A stretch of 64,000 nt of DNA from Octopus bimaculoides (lineage: Eukaryota). The notes below the pieces were generated by a model, which saw only the letters and a program-made list of their open reading frames with translations, did no database searches and had not been told where the DNA came from. Each line of letters starts with the position of its first letter. Position 1 is the first letter of the stretch. Of the stretch, positions 28,441-39,229 are shown piece after piece. The position numbers and the translations under genes are program-made. Location: contig NC_068992.1 of NCBI RefSeq assembly GCF_001194135.2, positions 23,310,820 to 23,374,819 on the forward strand, in the 5' to 3' direction.

Positions 28441-29979
28441 GTAGATAGAAATTGAGGTTGTGTGTGTGTGTATTTATACGCATCGAAACAAATGGACAAT
28501 CAGCCCATACAAGTTTTGAGAAAATTACTACAGAATGTTTTCCCTAAGAAATACATTATAGTTATACAATTGTTTAATTTTATTAATATTACATTTTCCT
28601 TTCACGTTCAGAAACAAACAAACAAAAAATAAATATTTTATATAAATCAAAGTAAAAATACAATGAAATATTAAGACGGTATCTTCTGTTTTAAATAGAA
28701 TATTTGCCAGAAATATACGTTTTACTTGGCATAAAATATTGACGTTCAATGACATTTGTGCAAGTTTGTTGCTATTTATGTTTTATAGCCACAAGTTTAA
28801 TAGTATTTTCTGTTGTTGTTTGTATTGATTTTGATTAAGAAATCTAAAATGGATTTTTTTTTGTGGAAATAATGTTTACTGCTCTTTATAATAGCTTAAT
28901 GTCAGATAATTTCAGTTGAATTCTTCATTAAAAGATGTGGTTACAAATATATTTCCTGACATCTGATGTTTCTGTCACGAAAGTAAGTTACCACAATATT
29001 TATGTGATTTATTTGGCAGACTACTAAATGAGATATGTGCTTGCAAAATAATTTTATTGATAGTGAATTTGTTGCTAAAAAGACGTAGATTCCTCAAATA
29101 CACAAAACTGGCAGTATTATAATTGTTAACCTCATTTTACAATATGTTAAACAATGTTTTTAGGAATATTATGCTTGATTTCATTATAATTTATATATGT
29201 GGCTTTTAAGAATTTATCATACAAAATCTATATTGGTAAAAAAAGGAAAATAACGAAACGCTCAAACAGTCACAAGCATAAGTTAAAATTTGATTATTTA
29301 TATTAGACTTTTCATGTTTATCGAATTCATGTCATAGAACATAAATGACGAGTGACATAATGGGTTCGTTAGCTGAAAATCGTATGTCTCTCCTGGAATG
29401 ATGTTAGAATCTTGAATCCAGGAAAAAAACATTTTTATAAGAAAAACATGCCTGATTTAAAATTTTGAATATAAAAGAAAATATTGTTGCATCCGGAACA
29501 TATGGCGTATTGGGTCAGCTTCCAGCTTTGCAACAATGCTAGGTGTCATACACCTAGCTGTAGGCTTCATTGTATTTATATTGAGATCTTAGCACTCAAT
29601 AAAGTTATAAATTATATCAGAAATGTCATAATAATTGACGTGAAGCACTTTAACAAGTCAGCCCACACACTGGACATTAATTACAAATGATGTAGTAGAT
29701 AAGGATTTCTACAATGATTTAGATTTTGTCGTAGCAAATGTATGACAGCACTATTGAATGAAAGTTGATTTCAAGATATTTCATTTCTGAATGCTTTCGG
29801 ATCTATAAAATAGTGATATAAATATAAGTATCAGAACAACGAATTTCTTTCTACTAAATGAATTGTGGATCAACATAGTGTTAGTGTACTTGAAATAGTA
29901 ACTGTGAATTGAACTAGGTTCATGGGTATCGGACCTGAATTACGCTGATTCAATAGCATAAATTTAAAGTAATGCACCA

Positions 29980-30058
29980 TTGTATTCTTAAGATATTGTC
30001 ACCAACAGAGATATTTGTATTCTTAAGATATTGTCATCAACAGAGATATTTGTATGTA
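29980..30058. repeat. 35-bp tandem duplication
   Basis: TTGTATTCTTAAGATATTGTCA(C/T)CAACAGAGATAT twice, plus a partial third unit. Confidence 0.9.
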
Positions 30059-30068
30059 AGTGTACATG

Positions 30069-30114
<46 letters not shown>

Positions 30115-31070
30115 NNNNNNNNNNNNNNNNNNNNNNNNNNNNNNNNNNNNNNNNNNNNNNNNNNNNNNNNNNNNNNNNNNNNNNNNNNNNNNNNNNNNNN
30201 NNNNNNNNNNNNNNNNNNNNNNNNNNNNNNNNNNNNNNNNNNNNNNNNNNNNNNNNNNNNNNNNNNNNNNNNNNNNNNNNNNNNNNNNNNNNNNNNNNNN
30301 NNNNNNNNNNNNNNNNNNNNNNNNNNNNNNNNNNNNNNNNNNNNNNNNNNNNNNNNNNNNNNNNNNNNNNNNNNNNNNNNNNNNNNNNNNNNNNNNNNNN
30401 NNNNNNNNNNNNNNNNNNNNNNNNNNNNNNNNNNNNNNNNNNNNNNNNNNNNNNNNNNNNNNNNNNNNNNNNNNNNNNNNNNNNNNNNNNNNNNNNNNNN
30501 NNNNNNNNNNNNNNNNNNNNNNNNNNNNNNNNNNNNNNNNNNNNNNNNNNNNNNNNNNNNNNNNNNNNNNNNNNNNNNNNNNNNNNNNNNNNNNNNNNNN
30601 NNNNNNNNNNNNNNNNNNNNNNNNNNNNNNNNNNNNNNNNNNNNNNNNNNNNNNNNNNNNNNNNNNNNNNNNNNNNNNNNNNNNNNNNNNNNNNNNNNNN
30701 NNNNNNNNNNNNNNNNNNNNNNNNNNNNNNNNNNNNNNNNNNNNNNNNNNNNNNNNNNNNNNNNNNNNNNNNNNNNNNNNNNNNNNNNNNNNNNNNNNNN
30801 NNNNNNNNNNNNNNNNNNNNNNNNNNNNNNNNNNNNNNNNNNNNNNNNNNNNNNNNNNNNNNNNNNNNNNNNNNNNNNNNNNNNNNNNNNNNNNNNNNNN
30901 NNNNNNNNNNNNNNNNNNNNNNNNNNNNNNNNNNNNNNNNNNNNNNNNNNNNNNNNNNNNNNNNNNNNNNNNNNNNNNNNNNNNNNNNNNNNNNNNNNNN
31001 NNNNNNNNNNNNNNNNNNNNNNNNNNNNNNNNNNNNNNNNNNNNNNNNNNNNNNNNNNNNNNNNNNNNNN
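30115..31070. other. Assembly gap (N run)
   Basis: Continuous N after (TA)n. Confidence 0.99.
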
Positions 31071-31332
31071 NAAATTTATCAGAATATTTGGGCTGAAGAT
31101 TGGAATAGTGAAATTTTCATTCACTTAACCATGAAACGATTCGTACCCAATTAACTAAGGGCTTGTTTTGTTTGTGCTTTTCCCTCCGGTTTTTTGTTCT
31201 ATGTGTGCCATAAATATCGCCATCCGTTTTAGAGAAAAATTTGTAGTTTGGAATCAGTAGTTCTTTGACTGCTATTTCTAAATTTTCAGTATGTTGGAGA
31301 AGCAACTCAATTGCTAATCTCTTATATTTATG

Positions 31333-31371
<39 letters not shown>

Positions 31372-31479
31372 AGCGAGAGCGTTTGAAGTCGTGTACATAT
31401 ATTGTATATTGAGAAAAAGGAGGCAGTCAAAATTTTGGATAATTCTTTATTAACGCGTTCGTTCGTTTATAAAACTCGT

Positions 31480-31709
31480 GAATATATAGTAATTTGTGAG
31501 CGGAATGAGCTTCAATCACTAGCTAGTGAGTAACACACGCTGAGGACGGGTAACCGCCCACAGACTCGAACATAGGAGGTTATCACTCCCATCTCTAGCC
31601 TTACGTGATACACACGGATTCGAGTCTGTGGGTGGTTACCCGTCCTCAGCGTGCATTACTCACTAGCTAGTGACTGAAGTTCATTCAACTCACAAACTAC
31701 TATATATTC
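31480..31709. repeat. 91-bp inverted repeat with 48-bp spacer
   Basis: Arms 31480-31570 and 31619-31709, 83/91 complementary with no indels. Confidence 0.95.
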
Positions 31710-31983
31710 TTCTAGCGACTCACTGTCGCGGTCACGTAGAACAGAAAGAATGTTTTAATAAATCTCGGAGCGAGATATAAACTGTAGCAATACGGAACCG
31801 TAACATATTTTCCGGCTAAGTAAGGCGTCCTATACAGGACTGTGCTATATACTGCTTAGCATACCGTACATATGTGGAGTGTATATTCATATATACACAC
31901 AAATATGTTAATATGTATATAAAAAGAGGAGAGAGCACGGAAGAGAGAAAGAGAGAGAGAGAGAGAGGGGGAGAGGGAGATAG

Positions 31984-32037
<54 letters not shown>

Positions 32038-32439
32038 GTGCTTTCAGAAAGACTGACTAAATCAAAGTTGACATCTGTAGATGTAATTAAACTTATCCAG
32101 CCTGACCACATCGAATGAATACAATTGAAAAGAAGCTTCGTTTTCTCTGTCTTTCCTCCTCTTTCTTTTCTTTTCACTTTCTCATCCTTCTTTTTTCTTT
32201 GTTTCTTACCATCTTTTTTTTAAAAAAAACTGACAGCTTGAAATGCCATTACGATTTAACCTCACGTGAAAAAAATCTATTAACCACAGACCTTTCCCTT
32301 TCTTTCTCATTTTCTTTCTTTTTCTCCCTTCTTTTTTCTGTCTTCCTCTCTTTCTGACCTTACTTTCTTCCTCTTCCCTCTTCCTCGTCCCTCTTCCTCT
32401 TCTTTTCTCTTTCCCATCTTTCACCTGTTTCAGTCATAA

Positions 32440-32608
32440 GACTACGGCCATGCTGGTGCACCTCCTTCGATTTTTAGTCGAATGAAATCGAGCCCAGTAC
32501 TCATCCTTTTCCTAAACCTCGTACTTATTCTATCGGTATGTTTTGCTGAACCGCCATGCTGCGGGCACGGTTGTCAAGCAGTGATGGAAGACAAACACAG
32601 ACACAAAG

Positions 32609-32680
<72 letters not shown>

Positions 32681-32900
32681 ACACACGCACATACTGAGAC
32701 TACGGCCATGCTGGTGCACCTCCTTCGATTTTTAGTAGAATGAAATCGAGCCCAGTACTCATCCTTTTCCTAAGCCTGGTACTTCTTCTATCGGTATGTT
32801 TTGCTGAACTGCTAGTGTTGCGAGGACGGTTGTCAATCAGTGATGGCAGACAAACACGGACACAAAGGCACACACACACACACACACACACATACATACA
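32440..32900 (-). mobile_element. Tandem pair of SINE family B 3' modules (period 258 bp)
   Basis: GACTACGGCCATGCTGGTGCACCTCCTTCGATTTTTAGT starts at 32440 and again at 32698; each copy ends in (CA)n. Confidence 0.85.
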
Positions 32901-33251
32901 TGAGAAGAAATAATACGAGTGATAAAATGGCTTTATAGCGGTTTTTGGTTGCTATTTTTAACATTTTGTAAACCCCCTAGTTATAATTGTGACTTGTTCA
33001 TAATTATAAACGTTTATCTTCTTTGTATGTTATGATAATATTTTCGGCCATTGAAATTTTCATTAATAATCTTAATTATTTATAATATACCCTCCGTAAT
33101 GTTTTATTATATTACTTTCTAATTATTTAATTATTCCCAACTCATATCCGATGATTTTGTCTATGCTCGAATTTAGCGGTCTTTCCACATAAACACTGTG
33201 CATAGCATTTGAATTCAAAACTTTCTTTTTTCTATGGGTATCTACTTTATC

Positions 33252-33630
33252 GTGGAGGTGAAATGGCTCACTGGTTAGGGTAGCGGACTTGCGGTCATAG
33301 GATCACGGTTTCGATTCCCAGACCGGGCGTTGTGAGTGTTTATTGAGCGAAAACACCTAAAGCTCCACGAGGCTCCGGCAGGGGATGGTGGCGAACTCTG
33401 CTGTACTCTTCCACAACAACTTTCCCTCACCCTTACTTCCTGTTTCTGCTGTACCTGTAATTCAAAGGGCCAGCCTTGTCACTCTGTGTCACGCTGAATA
33501 TCCCCGAGAACTACGTTAAGAGTACACGTGTGTGTGGAGTGCTCAGCCACTTGCACGTTAATTTCACGAGGAGGCTGTTCCGTTGATCGGATTAACTAGA
33601 ACCCTCGTCGTCGTAAGCGACGGAATGCCA
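33252..33630 (+). mobile_element. Full-length tRNA-derived SINE (family A)
   Basis: A box TGGCTCACTGGTTAGG and B box GGTTTCGATTCC. Colinear with a second copy at 48366-48742. Confidence 0.9.
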
Positions 33631-33846
33631 TCAATCTACTTTATCAGGATTTTAACTCACGTGGATCTACGCAGGATTGCACCTAAAGACTTGTGCTCTT
33701 GTTTCTATAACTTGAGACAGCTGAACTATGAACTTTTATGCTACTTTTTCTTCTTTCTTTCCCTCTCCTTCTTCTTGTACTCCCTTCCTGTATGTCATGA
33801 TCACTTTAATATATGCCATTCTCATTTTCCATATGTTCTCCTATAT

Positions 33847-33902
33847 GTCTCTGATGATGGGATATCCAATACTCGGGGATATTCCAGAAACAGGTGTGAG
33901 AC
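33847..33902 (+). ncRNA. Hammerhead ribozyme motif, canonical core, probably inactivated cleavage site
   Basis: Stem I GTCT/AGAC; CTGATGA (33851-33857); 10-bp stem II TGGGATATCC/GGATATTCCA; GAAAC; stem III AC-AGGT-GT; triplet GUG. Confidence 0.7.
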
Positions 33903-34681
33903 TTTGAATGTTTGGGATGTTTACCTCGCCTTAACGTTTGTTGTACTCTTTAACAATTATACACACATTCACAAACATATATAATGTTGGCTTTTGCTAC
34001 ATTGGCAGAGCTCCCGCCTGGTCGCCGCTATCTGTTGTGCGCAGTCAAACAACTCGACCCATCATCTCCACCTTCAGTTCGTGAATAGTATACAACCTTG
34101 CACACTCTTTCAGTCTGTCCTCGGACGTCAGACGATGTCTCCGAACCTTGCCGGGTCCATGATCTGGGCTGCAGAGTAAAAGTTATCGTACTGCATTTGG
34201 TGCTTCTTCGTCCCCGTACAATTATCGTATTCTGTTCACTTCCCACCACTTCTTGTATGCTGCAAAATTTGGGAAACCGACCTTATGAGCCTATGACTTG
34301 GAAAAAATAAAAAAAACTTGGTACTTATTTTTGTGTAGATACTTATTTTTCTGTACGAGGATTTGTAAATTTGTGTATATGTGTTTATGTATGTGTACAT
34401 TATTCATATACACGTATATGTATTTCAAATTTTGAAGAATACCTGTGAAATTGCATTGCCACATAACGAGTATATATTGTATATTAACTTGATACGCCTC
34501 AATTTAACGTGAAATGATAGATTCAAATACTAAAGTATTAATTCTAGGAAGAGTTAACACAGCGTTGATATTTGAACATAGAATCGTACTAATTGAAATC
34601 ATAAATCACACATTAAAATGACAAGCAGCGGAAATGATGACGTTACATTCGCATAAATTCAACCAGTCCCTATTCCAGTAG

Positions 34682-34999
34682 TTGAGCTATTCACAATTGA
34701 GGGAATTTAGCAGAGATTTAGCAAATGTAGAAGATATCATCAGTGCTGAATTTAAGGGTTTTGAAATTTTTATTTTGCATAGAGCGAAAGCTCTGTCTAC
34801 TGTTGTTAAACATTTCGAAGCAGTCACTAAAATAGAGAACAATTTTATGATCGCAAACAAGGAGAAAACGAACACTGGAAAGATAATGATATACATTGTT
34901 GATTTAAGCAATTTCTTGCGAAAAACTGCCGAAATAGGTGGTGAGACAGCTGGATATAGCTTAGATTTGAAAAATATTGAAGAGAAAATAAATAGCTGA
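34682..34999 (+). CDS. Unassigned 105-codon open frame, possible terminal exon
   Basis: Non-repetitive frame LSYSQLREFSRDLANVEDII...EEKINS* directly after a tandem CAG/TAG acceptor-like site. No recognisable domain; could be a chance ORF. Confidence 0.2.
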   Translation: MSYSQLREFSRDLANVEDIISAEFKGFEIFILHRAKALSTVVKHFEAVTKIENNFMIANKEKTNTGKIMIYIVDLSNFLRKTAEIGGETAGYSLDLKNIEEKINS

Positions 35000-35359
35000 A
35001 AAGTATTGTATGTACATGAGATATATACTTATGACTTGGTTCAGGTTAGAAATTCCTTTTGCTAGCATTAAAACTTTCAGAAGTACTTATACCAGGAGCA
35101 ACATGTGTGCATATGAGAGAGAGAGAATGCGTTGTTGATAAAATTGTTGATTGAACTCTTCATAATAGTAATGCTATATTTCGCATTCATTAACCTTTAA
35201 ACTTCCATCTTTATCACCCTTTTACGATCCGTAGGTTCACGGTCATGTTTCTTATATTTTAATTTTGCTTTCTACGTAGCCAAACTGTGCACGCGGTCAG
35301 GCGGCTAAATAAAAACTTACTTTCGCCATTAAATGATCCGCAGTATTGGACTTTGTAAT

Positions 35360-35487
35360 ATATGTGTGTTGCAAGAAGCTTACTTCCTAACCACATGGTT
35401 CCGGGTTCAGTCCCACTGCGTGGCACCTTGGGCAAGTGTCTTCTACTATAACCCCGAGACGACCAAAGTTTTGTTAGTAGTAACCCG

Positions 35488-35490
<3 letters not shown>
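35360..35490 (+). mobile_element. SINE family B head, partial
   Basis: GCTTACTTCCTAACCACATGGTTCCGGGTTCAGTCCCACTGCGTGGCACCTTGGGCAAGTG matches 21195-21355. Confidence 0.8.
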
Positions 35491-35526
<36 letters not shown>

Positions 35527-37439
35527 TATATCAATAAATGTGAATACATAACATAATACAGAACACTACTAACCTTTCAATTAATACCACCAACCCCCCC
35601 CATACATCCCATACACCATTCACATTGCAGATCTATATCTACTCTCATTACACCAAATCAAGAACTACTTACCTCCCTTACACATAATCCTTTTACTCAG
35701 GGACTAGTGGACCTGACAACGTTCAGTAATCGGTGTGTATTCACTGCAATGGTTAGTAATTTTACGAAACCGGTATGCTTTTGAATCTCTTTAACTATTC
35801 ACAATAATGACTCTTCTTACTTTTATTCCAACCTCAGTTCATCTAATTGTATATATATATCTATCGTTACTTTTCATAAAAAAAGCCTTTATTTTCTTGA
35901 TTTCAGATGTGCATTTTCGCTTATTTTTCTTCTTACTTTCCCCTTACATTTCCACGTGTAGTTTCTATTTTCTCTTTGTGACATATTTATATTATATATA
36001 TATACATATAGTGCAAGACTGATGCTTTCCCAGTTGAGCTTCTACTAGCATTTATTTATGGATATTACAAACATCAAAAAACTAATGCCTGAAAACTACG
36101 AGCTTTCAGTTATTCTGTACAAATACACAATATTTCAAACAGCATCATTCCACAGACGCGATATATGACCGAGATAAGTTCGCGAGAAAAACATTTATAT
36201 TTTAGAGTTTGAACAGAAATGTAGTATAAACTAACAACATGAAGGTTGTCAGAGAATGAAAAAGAATTAATATATTTTGTTATAAGCTAATTCAAACGAG
36301 ATATGAAGTGGTGTTCTTCTCATTAACCTATTTTTTCTGAGCAACACAAGTGAATATTTCAGATAAATATAGAAAATATTCAAAATCTTGAAAAAGAGAT
36401 ATTCGTAGGTTTGAAAGATTGGAAAAGTAATTAAACATGTATTTCGGAAGAATAAAAAAGGTGCTGCCAATAATATAAATAAAACAACAATCTTTATATT
36501 CCTTAGAGAAACGAAAGTGCAAATCAATGCATAAAATACATATTACTTCAATATCAGCAGACTGAAAAAAAAAAAAAAAAGAAATCTTCCTCTCACCTAA
36601 GGCGAGTGTGTTTCAAAACGTTTTCAAAAAGTAACGTGTACTAATAATGCAACTGAATAATGTTTGAAAACCATCCGAGAGGCATCGGATTGCATGCAAC
36701 AGTCTCTTTGTCAATGAAAATTACAAAAGCAAAATTTTGTATTTATCAAATATGAAACAGCCACAATAGTTTGTAACATCTGAAGAAAGAAATACGTTAT
36801 ATTTATTTAAATAAAAGTATATAAAATTTCGCTCTGAAACAGAATTCATCATATATGGCCACGGGTGCACTTACATAGACAAATACACAGAGATACACAA
36901 ACAAACACAAACATACACACACATAAGTATATGTGTGTGAATGTTTACTAATTTCATCAATGTACACTAAGAAAGGGCAGAAACGATGGTGTAAATAATG
37001 GTCCTATTCCCCCAAAAATACTTATACGTCTCTGTAGAGAAAACCTTTTGTCTGTTTTACTATCATGAGCCTGTTCGCCGAGTAAGTTTTAGTTGAGTCC
37101 TTCAAATTATGACGGTGCTTTTCAGCGCTTGCGACATAAAATACACTTTGGATTCCAGTAATATGAGGCACCACTGAATAGCAGTTATACTCATCTTCAA
37201 ACCCGGAAACAATCATAAAAACTAAAATATTATAGATACAAACTCCTTTACCACAGTGTCGGCAATCGAGAGAGAAACGATGTGCAGCGTAAAGTATCAC
37301 TTCTAAGCAGAAAACTAGAATCCAAAATTATGTTGTCAGACAAGGAATAAACATTGATAGACAAAAAGGAGAAATATACTCAGAGCACAGGCTTCCTATG
37401 GCGAAGAGTTGTAACCGAACGAAAGTGATACAAACTGGC

Positions 37440-38040
37440 ACACCATCGGTTCTGCATACTTGTGAAATTAACGTACAAGTGTAGAATAATACATTTCTAA
37501 ATCTCTCAGAGAAATTTATGCAGTAGTGATACGATGAAGTAGTTGTATGCGGTTAACTTAATGTGACAGTCCCCTGAAAGGAATAATACTACTCCTGGTT
37601 AGACCTAAGAAGCTGCGCCGCTTCCTGTCGGCCTTGATACATTTCCTGTGTCCTTATCTCCCCCACCATTGTAAACAAGGACACAGGAAATGTGTCGAGG
37701 CCGGCAGGAAGCGGTGCAGCTTCCTAGGTCTAATCAACATTAGTATTATTCCCTTCAGGGGACTGTCACATTAAGTTGACAGCATACAACTACTTTAACG
37801 TACAGGTGGCTGAGTACTCTATAGACACGCGTTCCCTTAACGTAGTTCTCAGGGAGATTGAGCCTGATACAGAATGTGACAAGGCTGACCCTTTGAAATA
37901 CAGGTACAACTCAGTTTTGCCAGCTGGGAGGCCTGGAGCAACGAGAAGTAAAGTGTCTTACTGAAGAATACAACCCACTGCCAGCAATTTAACTCAAAAC
38001 CTTATGATAGGGAGTAGAATAGCCCTAAACACTAAGCCAT
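37440..38040 (-). mobile_element. tRNA-derived SINE sharing the family A core, split by a fold-back insertion
   Basis: Core GTACCTGTATTTCAAAGGGTCAGCCTTGTCAC...GAGAACTACGTTAAG at 37795-37925. The SINE tail (GTTAATTTCAC...ACCGATGGTGTGCC) resumes at 37438-37481. Confidence 0.8.
37482..37794 (-). mobile_element. Fold-back element, copy 3, with 14-bp target-site duplication
   Basis: Arms 37537-37655 and 37677-37795 (107/119 complementary, 21-nt loop). Flanks TTAACGTACAAGTG (37468-37481) and TTAACGTACAGGTG (37795-37808). Confidence 0.9.
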
Positions 38041-38122
38041 TTGTTTTCACCAAAGGTATTCTATATGTAATACGAAAAACACGAATACCACTACAGCCAA
38101 AAAGGGTTTTACATATTATAAG

Positions 38123-38169
<47 letters not shown>

Positions 38170-38172
<3 letters not shown>

Positions 38173-38312
38173 TTTCAAATCTTGGCACAAGGACAGTAGT
38201 TTCGGGGCAGGGGGTAAGTTGATTACGGTGGTGCTTTAACTCAGAACGTAAAGGTGGAATTTCGCTAAGAGTTTTATCCGGCGCATTAATGATTCTGCCT
38301 GTTTGCCACCTT
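38170..38312 (-). mobile_element. SINE family C, internally deleted reverse copy
   Basis: Reverse complement aligns to 19590-19810 (GGCAGAATC.TTA..GCGCCGG...GTTCTGAGTT...CCTTGTGCC). Confidence 0.65.
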
Positions 38313-39229
38313 AATGATCGCAAAAGATAATGTTACAAATATCACATCAGGCACAAAAAAGTATATAAGAATGAAAAGGGGGAAAGTTTGATCAGTAATT
38401 CGAACAAAATAGTAAGTGAAAACGTCCAAATCACACAATATATTTAGAAGTGCACATTCGATAATGGAAACTGAATATTTTATTTGTTAACAATAGATTT
38501 ATTTTTCCATGAATTTAAATCGTTGATCATAGTATTTTCATTTGTGTTATTGTCTTCAGTTAGATATCAACTAAATTATACAAGGCCGTATAATTAAAGA
38601 TCATGGAGAAATACATTAATAACTAGTAGCTTGAATAATAAATATAGTTTATAGTATATCGGAATATTGTAAAAGTCTAAAAAGATAAAATATTTAAAGA
38701 AACTTACATTCTAAATACATTTTTGAAAAAAGAAGGTATCACACAAGCATTATATATAGAAATAAGTTAATACCCGTATTATGCAGTGTGAACTATTAAG
38801 TGCCTTGGACTCTAATATTTTCTTCCTGAGAAAATGTTAGATATTACAAAATCGAGCTGAACAAATCAGTTAGTTTGTCTTGAAATATTGTTCATCGTTG
38901 AACGTAACGAAAACTTCAATATTAGTTAGGAAATAGCAAGGAATATTGGCAAATAATATATTACGATATCAATAGGATATTAGATAGGACATAAATAAGA
39001 GAGTTTCCGATGAGCAGAAAAAAGATTCCGAAATAGAATGTGAATCATTGTTACAAAAGTAATAAACAGTATAGAAATTTAGCCAGCTGTCAGCTTTAAG
39101 TAAATACCTGATAATTATGAAATACAAGCACTTCACCTAAATAATTTTAAAATGCACTTAAAATACACTTACAGAGTCATAATTAGGCAACCAGCTAGTC
39201 TAGCGGTTATCAGAATCGTCTGTCGCCTG

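Noticed and set aside
33252-33330. tRNA gene calls for SINE heads (also 48366, 47960, 61330)
   Set aside because: A and B boxes are present but no complete cloverleaf or acceptor stem, and each continues into a shared SINE body.
37022-37300. 92-aa ORF with CRHCGKG zinc-finger-like start
   Set aside because: The HxxxH half of a C2H2 finger is missing at the right spacing, and there are no convincing splice sites.
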